A stretch of 64,000 nt of DNA from Octopus sinensis (lineage: Eukaryota). The position numbers and the translations under genes were made by a program. The notes under the pieces were generated by a model. That model ran no database searches and had not been told where the DNA came from. It was given only the letters and a program-made list of their open reading frames with translations. This document shows positions 54,502 to 64,000 of this stretch, in pieces (the stretch's first letter is position 1; each line of letters opens with the position of its first letter). The stretch covers positions 105,028,001 to 105,092,000 of the forward strand of contig NC_043000.1 of the NCBI RefSeq assembly GCF_006345805.1, in the 5' to 3' direction.

Positions 54502-55479
54502 CATAAATACATACATACATATGTATGTATGTTTATATATATGTGTGTATATTTAATATGATCCGGGTAATAACCTTATAGCGTGCTTTCCAAAACTCCT
54601 GTATATGTACCAGCTACCATATGCTATCATAGAGTAGGACTGGTTAAAGATGTGGAAATCCGTTAATATCCATAGAAGTTATACAAAAGAATTTTAATAC
54701 TAGAAGATGAAATGAACAGGCTTTACTCCAAATCACTACAATTGTTTCTGTGCATGAGTATCACCTGGTATTTGCTGAATGTTATACATATTATAAACAT
54801 TATTGCATTAATATGATCCAATAGCTGTGTAGCTGTTCGTCTTCAAGTGATTACGATTGACAGCACTGCACGTTTTCAGGTAAAAGATACTCATGTATAG
54901 AGTTCTGTTTCTCCAGTTTATTCTCATATGAGTGTGTATGGTGTGTGTGTGCGCGTGTGTGTGCATGTGTGTGTGTGTAGATCGAGAGAGAAATAGAGAA
55001 GCAAAGTAAATAGTTGGTAACAGACACACACACACGTGTGTGTCTGTGTGTGTATTGCAAGACAAAGGTATATTCAGTTTTCAGCATAGGCAAAAAATAA
55101 GTACCTATATAAGCACAACCTATACATCATACAACGTAGACATACACGCGCACACACACACATGCGCACTCATATACTCATTTATACATACATGCATACA
55201 TACATACATGATCCTATTAACAGAAGAGATGCACTTAAACTAGAAACCAGAAATGAATACGGTAGAAAGAAATGCAACTGATACAAATTTGATCTTGTGA
55301 AGTCAGATGCTGGTGTTATCTTGTTTTGAATGCTACACTAGAACCGCAAAGCCTAACCAATACACGTGTACATGCACACAAGCACGCACACTCACAGAGT
55401 TATTTTTACTCGTATGTATATATATATATATGAATAATGGAAATGGAGACAAACGCACAGATGTTATTTAAATCATTTA

Positions 55480-55760
55480 TATCACCATATCACCGACATA
55501 TGTTTCGATTGATGCGTTAAAATAAATCTGAGAGGATGAATAATGTGGAAAAATACATCAACCTCATCAGGAAGGAGATGATAAACAACAGTGCTCATCA
55601 ATAAGTCATTTTTCCAATATAAACATCTGAAAACACGTTCTTCATAGATGTTGACCAGCGTGTGGTTGTAAAAAAGGATAAATAGTTGTTCGTCCATACA
55701 CAAGCAAAATTTGACGCTCGGTGAGAGGAGAGAGTTGTTGACGTTTACAGCCTACCCACT
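55480..55760 (+). mobile_element. Possible decayed mariner N-terminal (HTH) remnant
   Basis: caacctcatcaggaagg resembles the EPRSGRP motif; surrounding similarity is weak. Confidence 0.3.
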
Positions 55761-56491
55761 TCGATAGAAAGAGATGAGAAGAAGCAATAGTGAGAGAAAG
55801 GAAAAACGAAAAGGAGAGAAAAAACGTGCTGGTATTATTGGTTCCACATAATCGCTTAAGGCTCAGTCTACAAGTAATAGTTATACTTGTTTATTGTATA
55901 TATTGTATCATATCTTGACATTGTCTGAAATTAGATCCCCATTGCTGATATTAGATAAAGTATTAAACATTTCAGTATGCAAATTAGTAGCTTCTGAAAT
56001 TTTCAAAGATGTTATTACTGAATTAGATCATAATGAACGCGACCACAAACGCAGCTGACAGATTAAGCATGCTACCACCCAGTATGTAGTTCCGCACTAG
56101 AACCAGCAGCTAGAGATCTTGGGCAAGTGATTTCGAACAAAGTTTCGTGAGACAAACTGTATAAAAGCAGAAGACCTGTACATGTGATTCAAAAGTTCAG
56201 CTTTATCCTATACTTTGTCACTCTCAAGCGGGTTAGGAATTGAGTTTTACACGGCTCTGTAAAATATTCAGCCACTTATTCGCTCGGTTGACCGAATTAC
56301 TGAATGATCATCAACGAATTAGATATGAATGCACATGTACACAAACACAGATGCATACACACACACACACGTATGTGTGTATGTGCATGCGTAAGTCGTC
56401 TAAGGGTCTATAAGTCAAGACATAATGCACTCGTATAACTGTCAATAGTTCTCCAACAATAGACAGCAGTCGCCATATTTCATTCCATAAC

Positions 56492-56582
56492 GGCTACCTC
56501 TGATGAGCGCAGTGTTACATAATCTGACTGTTACCTAAGACTCCGTTCAATCCAAAGCACGAAACCGATTGGTAAGATCGGC
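56492..56582 (+). ncRNA. Type I hammerhead-like motif with intact core, long stem II loop, eroded stem I
   Basis: ggctacct-CTGATGA(56500-06)-gcgc…gcac-GAAA-CC-gatt-GG-TA(56574)-agatcggc; followed by (TA)n. Confidence 0.5.
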
Positions 56583-56617
56583 AGTAATGGATATATAATA
56601 CTGTACACTTCGATTAA

Positions 56618-56673
<56 letters not shown>

Positions 56674-57429
56674 TTTTACTCTTTTATTCTTTTACTTGTT
56701 TCAGTCATTTGACTGTGGCCATGCTGGAGCACCGGTAAATATATACATGCACATATATTTGTAAAGGCCCGTTGTTACAGTAGTTCCATTGATGTTCTCA
56801 CGGTCGTGTGATATTAGTTTCGATTCCACGACCGGCTGTGAGTTGTGTTCTTGAAGAAAACATCATTTTACATTATTCCAGTCAGGTTGAAAGGAAACGG
56901 TAGCTACGATGTTTCAGCTAAATTCGTCAATTCATATTTGTGTGTGTATATATATATATATATATAAACATGTACACTCACACACATACACATATATCTG
57001 TATTACTGCGTGTACCTCTGGGTAAGCGTCTAACAGCGCGTGTGTGGTATTTGTATATAATTTTATCCGTATATTTCTCAAGTCATAAAGAGTTATCTAT
57101 AACGTAAATGTGAAGTATTTTTGCAATTTTTGTTTGATGTAGTCTTTAAATGGGGAGAGAATTACTTGACATTGATACCATTCTTTTTGCGTATACATAC
57201 GTAAATGGTAATTTATGTATGTATGTATTATGTATGCATGTATGTATGTATGCATGTATGTATGAATGTGTGCATGCATGCATGCATTATGTATGTATGG
57301 GCGTATGAGTGTAAATATATTTACATGTAAACAAACATATCAGTGTCGGTTGCATATATAAGTATATTTATATTTAGATATGTGTACTCACAGGCACACA
57401 CAGACACACACGCATATATACATATACTT

Positions 57430-57820
57430 TTTAGCTTTAACTTCTTTCAGTCATTAGATTGCATCCAGGCTGGAGTACCGCCTTGAATTTTAGTCGAACG
57501 AATCAACCCGTGTACTTATTTTCGTTTAACCCGGTACTTAATCAATCCGTTCCTTTTGCGAAACCACTAATTTACGGAGACGTAAACACACCAACACCGG
57601 TTGTCAAGCGGAGGTGGATGACAAACACGGAGATAAAGGCATAAACATACATACATACATTCATACATACATACATATATATACACACACACATACGTAT
57701 ACCAAGGGCTTCTTTCAGTTACCCTCTAACCAAATATACTCCCAAGCCATGGGCTATAGTAAAAGACACTTGTGCAAGGAGTCATGAAATGGAACTGAAT
57801 CCAGAACCACATGGTTCAGA
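57430..57820 (-). mobile_element. SINE family B copy, diverged
   Basis: tttcagtcattagattgc…tttagtcgaac…ccttttgcgaaaccactaa…gggcttctttcagttt…gaactgaatccagaaccacatgg. Confidence 0.75.
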
Positions 57821-57899
57821 ATGAAATGTAATCGGCTAGCCCACTTTTCGAAAATATTTCAGGCTTTGTATCAATAGTAGAAAAGACTATTATTATTGT

Positions 57900-59091
57900 T
57901 TTTATTTATTGTTTTTGCACATCTTCCGTCGCTGGAGATGTACTACGTTGACAGTTTTTCACTACCAGTGATCTAAGGTAACACCCTTCATTTTTCGAGT
58001 ACCATCCGGAGTATTCGAACGATTCCAAACAGTGCTTTTTTCTGCAAGTGCTCCACCCCTATTGCAGCCCCTATTTGTTCTATGTACTTCTTAAGACTTT
58101 TACTCACTGTTCCCAGGGCTCCGACAATTATAGGTAATACTACCACTTTTTTCCTCGTCCACAACTGCTTAATCTCCCAAGCTAACCTGTCATATCTATC
58201 GACTTTTCTTTCTTCCTTATCGCATACATTGTTGTCAGCTGGGCATGTTATATCTATGATCCAGCATTGTTTGCTTCCTTTCAATTAACACTGTGTCTGG
58301 TTTCCTATTCTCTATCTCATGGTTGCACTGAATCATAAAATCACATAGGATCTTTGTATTATCACTTTCGATGATGCCTTTGGGTTTATGTTCGTACCAC
58401 TTTTTGCTCTGTCAGGTCTATAGTTGTTGCTAAGTGTCCAATGCACTCCTTGCTATATTGTCATGATGTCCCATATTCTTTTGGGCTAGTGGCGTACATT
58501 CACTGGTAATACGCCATACCGTTTCACCATTTTGTCCAAAATTTCCGCACTTATCACTTATTGTTGTGTTGTCTATTCTGTATTTGATGTAATTCGTTTT
58601 TAGTGCTTGCTTTTGGGAAGCACAGACTAGAGCCTCCGTTTCCGGTTTTAAATCATGTTTAGTCATCTATAGCGATCTGTTTTCTTTGTCTGTCTTATCT
58701 TCAACATCCCCATGAAATTGTCCATGCATTCTTTTCTTTATCCACCTATTTTCAGTTTCATTCACTCTCAAGTGCTTGTACAGTGCTTTATCTTTGCAAT
58801 CTTGCATCCTACACAAGCCTGACATTCCTACTTCCAATAACAGTAGTTCTGAGGCATTTTTTACATACCATGCTATGTTGTTTTTTCTGCTCTAATGCTG
58901 TGTTCGCATCCAATCAGTCCTCTTCCCCCTTTTTTCTAGGTATATAGAGTCATTCTGCGTCACCTTTCTGGTGGAGTATCCCATATCTAGTCAGCAACTT
59001 CCTTGTCTTTCTGTCTAAGCTGTTTAGTTCGTCTACGGTCCATGCAATTACCTCTGCTCCGTATCTAAGGAGTGAAACCGCCCAGGTGTTG
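57900..59091 (-). mobile_element. R4/Dong-type RLE LINE, 3' 1.2 kb, inserted in (TAA)n
   Basis: INTWAVSLLRYGAEVIAWTVDELNSLDRKTRKLL…LYIPRKKGGRGL…MHGQF…LKPETEALVCASQKQALKTNY…KC…ETVWRITSEC (decayed knuckle)…KPDT…IIDITCPAD…KEERKVDRYDRL…LPIIVGALG (REL endonuclease). (ATT)n on both flanks. Confidence 0.88.
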
Positions 59092-59129
<38 letters not shown>

Positions 59130-59169
59130 CATTATCATCATCATCATCATTATCATTATTATTATTCGT

Positions 59170-59390
59170 AGCGGTGAGCTGACAGAATCATTAGCGAAAT
59201 GTGCAGCGGCGTTTCCTCCGGGTCTTTACAATCTGAGTTCATATTCTACCGAGGTCAACATCTCTCTCATCTTGTCGGTGAAGGAGGTGGTTAATAAAAT
59301 GAGCACCATTTGAACACTGAGGCCGATGTAAGCGAATGCCTCCGCCGTCTCCCTATAAACTCTGGCCTTGTAGCAATGTTTGAAACAATT
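59170..59390 (+). mobile_element. SINE family A copy, diverged
   Basis: gcggtgagctgacagaatc…ctgagttcatattctaccgaggtcaac…ggccttgtagcaatgtttgaaac. Confidence 0.7.
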
Positions 59391-59491
59391 ATTGATTATT
59401 GATTTAGTTTATTTTATTGAATCCTCTACTATAAGTATAAATATGCAAGAAGTATTTTTATATCTATGCAGTATTTATGTTTATTGCTATA

Positions 59492-59532
<41 letters not shown>

Positions 59533-59562
59533 TATATATATATATAATATATATATATATAT

Positions 59563-59699
<137 letters not shown>

Positions 59700-59700
59700 T

Positions 59701-59737
<37 letters not shown>

Positions 59738-60101
59738 CAGACAGGCATACATAATACATACATCCAAGTACACATGTACATACACAGCTATATAGATATA
59801 TAGATAACCACTCATAATCTTAGCAGACATTCTATTAATATAAATTTTATAATATAGCTATTCCGCTAAAAATAACAACTTCAATCAGAAACATTAGCAG
59901 AAATATTCCAAGCAGTCATACTATTACGATTTGATTTCCGCTGGGTTTAGATCTTCAATCTACCTTGCTTTTGTGTCATTGAAATTTGGCAAAACAGATC
60001 GAATGAAGTGTATCTTCCCTGAGTATGTTTTAATAATTATATTTGCTTCATAAATAATGTGCGTGTGCGTGTGTGTGTGTATGTGCGCGTGTTCGTGTGT
60101 G

Positions 60102-60144
<43 letters not shown>

Positions 60145-60589
60145 AAATATATGTATGGAAGTATATATATACATATATATATGCACACACACATTATATT
60201 TGTATATATATACATACATATGATGGAAAAATTATTTCCCTTAGATAGGCAACTACGACGCACGGTCTATCTGATCATATAGAAGCGATAAGGCATATAC
60301 AGTTAATGCCTTTTGTGATAGGTCGTAGTTTTTTTCTTATAATGAACACTAAACAACCTATATGTAGAGATAGAGAAGGGTATTACACTGATAGTAACTG
60401 TTTACCGTGATGAATTCGTTTTAAGTTAAACTAGAAATCATTTTGTATATTCCACATGTGGAAGAGATAACTGCTTAATACGCAAACATTGATACTGTCT
60501 GCTTTATATTGAACGTAAATTTTATTTATTTTTTTGCATTGGACTATTGTAATTATCTAGTTTATTAATGTTACTACTACCTATATATC

Positions 60590-61790
60590 ATCAATATCTG
60601 TAACAATCAATTCTTGGAGTACAAACAATAGTTCAACCGACTATACTTCTCCATTCATCTCTTATCTTCCACTGTTCTTATTAAATTTTGCATTTTTAAT
60701 AATGTTATCTTCTTATGCCATCGATTCAATTGTGTCTAAGTTTCTCTTTTGGTCCTTTTCCAGAAGCTTTCCCAGAAGCCAACAATATTTGTAGATCATC
60801 TGCCCTTACCACATACAAAAATATATACGGTTTCGTTTAATCTAACACGTACTGATTTTTGTCCTTTTCATATTTGTTTAATCCTTTGTATTCTTCTATA
60901 ACACTGAGTAAATCTCTATCGTTTTTTCTTCTTTATATCAGCTCTTTTACATCAGAGTCTAACATTTAGATCCGTATATTATTGAAAATATGAAAATGTG
61001 CAGTATCTTCAGGTTTATTGATAGATTTACTTATTGATAGATATTTTTTCCCTAAATCCGGTTTAAAAGGATAAGAGTATATTTTACTTTTTCAATTCTT
61101 ATCTCCTTTCTGTCATCATATTGATTTGTAATAATACTTCCAAGATAGTAAAACTCATAAACCAATTTGACAGTTTCGTTATCAATTATTATAGGAATAT
61201 CTTCATCATCTCTTCCTGGGGTAATCATTGATTCAGTTTTGTTAAAATTAAGGAATAAACCATATTCTTCATTTTTTTTCTTTCCCTTTCTACATCAGTA
61301 CTCTTGATTCTTCAAGCTACCAGTAATAAGGGCAGTATCATTGACATATCTGAGAGTGGTGACCATTCATCCACTGATTTTTAACTGTACCTTCAAACCA
61401 TTCTAAAGCTTGCCTCATTATATGATGTTACACAGAGAGAAGAACGAATGCTTCCTTGTCGTACCTTACCACCCTCTTAATCTTAAACCATTCACTAAAG
61501 CACGCATTAGTTTTGACAGTTGCAGTTTATTAAGAATAACGTGGTTTTAATAATTCTATAAAATGCCGTGGAAATCTCATTTATGCCATCACTAACCAAA
61601 ATATCTCATGAATAACTTTGTCAAAAGCTTTTTGATAGCCATTGAAAGCAATAAATAATTTTCCCGCACGCTCTCTAGTTTTCTGAACAACCAACTTTGG
61701 ATTAAGAGTAGCATCTCTTGTTCCTCTTCCAGATCTAGAACTAACTTGTCCCCCTGTGATCCCCATTACATATTTCACTTTAATTCTATA
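60590..61790 (-). mobile_element. Decayed RTE-clade LINE (RT core to C-terminus)
   Basis: SRSGRGTRDA…LFIAFNGYQKAFDKVIHE, LRYVNDTALI (YADD box), YGLFLNFNKTESM, FYYLGSIIT, and C-terminal VRADDL…SGK…WRSIV. Many stops and frameshifts. Confidence 0.8.
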
Positions 61791-62084
61791 ACCAATAAGT
61801 GTGTGTGTGTATGTATGCATGCATATATGCATGCAAGGAATGTATGTATGTGTATGTATAAACAGAGAAAGCAGAAAATAAGAGAGTTCTGTACTTCTGT
61901 GAGTGAATGGGTAGATGAGATTGTATGCGTGAGTGTAAGTTTATATATGAGTAAGGGTTTCTATAAGAATATAAATTTCATGAAGCTTTCGTATATTATT
62001 CAACTTCTGAAGTTCCTGTGACACTTGTGAGAAATGCCTATTCCCCATAGACTTTATAATGTTAATACTAATACAATTTTCTAA

Positions 62085-62460
62085 TATAGGCACAAGGAGA
62101 AGAGGCTTGTTTTCATCTGGTACTTATTGCATCGATCCCAAAATGGTGACAAACGAAGTCGACCTCAGTGGAATTTGAACTCAGTAGGTAAGGAGCCAGA
62201 AGAAATGCCGCAAAGCATTTTATCTGAGGTGTTAACGATTCTTTTGCCCTGCTGCCTAATAATCCTTTCAACTATAGGCACAAGGTCTAAAATGTTTTTG
62301 TGGAGGCGAGGAATAAAGTCGATTAAATTGATCCCAGTGTTCAACTGGTACTTATCGATCCTGTAAGAATGCAAAGCAAAGCTGACCTCCGCAGAATTTG
62401 AACTCAGAACGTGAAGACGGACAATATGCCGCAAAACATTTCGGCCAGCATGCTAACGAT
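62085..62460 (-). mobile_element. Two tandem SINE family A copies
   Basis: aggcacaagg…ctggtactt…gtcgacctc…gaatttgaactcag repeated at ~62088 and ~62276. Another copy lies at 63058-63225 (-). Confidence 0.75.
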
Positions 62461-62487
62461 AATAATAATAATAATAATAATAATATA

Positions 62488-62526
<39 letters not shown>

Positions 62527-63022
62527 GTGTTATCATGTACATTGTTTTGTCTTGGTATAAAAGATGGGCTACAGCAAATATTCTGCTCAATACCACAGAT
62601 TTGCTTGTCAGTTGTTTGACCGTAACCAGTTGAGCATGTCCCTTAGTGGCTGACGATATGTGCATCTCTGATCACGAGCAGAAGTAGTGGGGGAGCATCA
62701 TAGCCATGTGTTGAGAAGGATTCTTTGGGGTTTGAATAATTCACCTCTGGAAGCATGGGTGTTTCGTTCAACGTCCTTAAACAACCCTTATTCAGGGACC
62801 TTTTGAGCGGGATGGGTTACTCGATCTGAAGAAAATTCTAACTGGGCTCCACCTGCAAGGTCATGTGCTGTTTATCTTGATATAAGATCACCATGTCGCG
62901 CACATATGGTTGTGATGCATGTGCCTGGTGTACCCTTCTCAGACGGGTAGTCATGATGGGTATACTGGGCTTCGTATATTTTACCCCAGTGTCACTTAGA
63001 TGGCATGCTCTGCTCGCTCACT
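62527..63022. mobile_element. Unclassified ~496-bp element bounded on both sides by (TAA)n
   Basis: Complex sequence, richer in GC than its flanks, with sharp edges between (TAA)n 62459-62526 and 63023-63058. No convincing ORF or TIR. Confidence 0.55.
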
Positions 63023-63023
63023 C

Positions 63024-63060
<37 letters not shown>

Positions 63061-63226
63061 GTTTCAAATTTTTCCAAAAGGGCAGCAATTTTGGGGCGAG
63101 GGATGAGTCGATTACATCGGCCCCAGTCTTCAACTGGTACTTATTTTATCGACCTCGAAAGGATCAATGGCAAAGTCGACTTCGGCGGAATTTGAACGCA
63201 GAACGGAGCGACGGGCGAAATACCTC

Positions 63227-63244
63227 AAAATAATAATAATAGTA

Positions 63245-63312
<68 letters not shown>

Positions 63313-63416
63313 TAACAACAACAACAACAACAATAATGATGATGATGACGACGACGACGACGATGATGATGATGATAAATACTGATGATGATGATGATGA
63401 TGATAAATACTGATGA

Positions 63417-63450
<34 letters not shown>

Positions 63451-63478
63451 GATGGTGATGATGATGATGGTGATTATT
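63227..63478. repeat. Compound (AAT)/(AAC)/(GAT)/(GGT)n microsatellite
   Basis: Directly visible; includes a duplicated aaatact(gat)n unit. Confidence 0.9.
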
Positions 63479-64000
63479 GTTTCTTGCAAAGATAGGAGGC
63501 CCAATAATTGATAAAAAGAAGAAAAACACCGCCTGAGCGGGGATAAGCATACGTATTAATTAGATTTAGAGGCAATTAAAGGACAAAAACATCAATTAGG
63601 TAGCATATACTCAAAGTGAAACAAGCACATACAGACAGTATACACACACACAAGTATGCAAACTGAAACACATACATACGCGCGCGAGGATATATATATA
63701 TATATATATATATGCGTATGTATAGAGAAATACATAGATACGCTGCACACATCCGGTATTCAGATTAATGTTTTGAGTTTCTGTGATAAAGTTCTTAAGA
63801 GAGACTTAGGTGTAGGAGATGTCGTTATATGACGTGGGTGGATGGTTAGATGAGACACGAGTAGATATAATGAAGTGAGAAAGTGTGGAGGGGGCGACAA
63901 AAGCAGAAATTAGACTTATAATACATACAAAAACATACATATGTATGTATGCATGTATATATATATATATGCATATAAACACACACACACACTATATATA

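Overview
AT-rich, microsatellite-saturated animal DNA, intergenic or deep intronic. The SINE sequences and repeat landscape look like an octopus/coleoid cephalopod genome (inference). I recognise no host protein-coding exon, rRNA, tRNA gene or CRISPR array. Most ORFs in the track are translations of microsatellites; the rest are 5'-truncated or decayed retrotransposon ends (two R4/Dong-type RLE LINEs, two CR1/L2-group ends, two RTE, one L1/Tx1-like end). The window also has mariner remnants, MITEs, Helitron-like pieces and three tRNA-derived SINE families. Most notable: (i) several elements next to (TA)n tracts carry minimal hammerhead-ribozyme-like motifs of the Penelope-like-element type, one at the exact centre of a 424-bp palindrome; (ii) a ~800-bp inverted duplication with identical arms; (iii) a ~0.97-kb tandem duplication with breakpoints in (CA)n; (iv) a SINE 3' tail shared with a (GATA)n-embedded LINE; (v) apparent partitioning of retroelement families among different microsatellites. 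Boundaries of decayed repeats are approximate, and family assignments come from motif recognition, not database searches.
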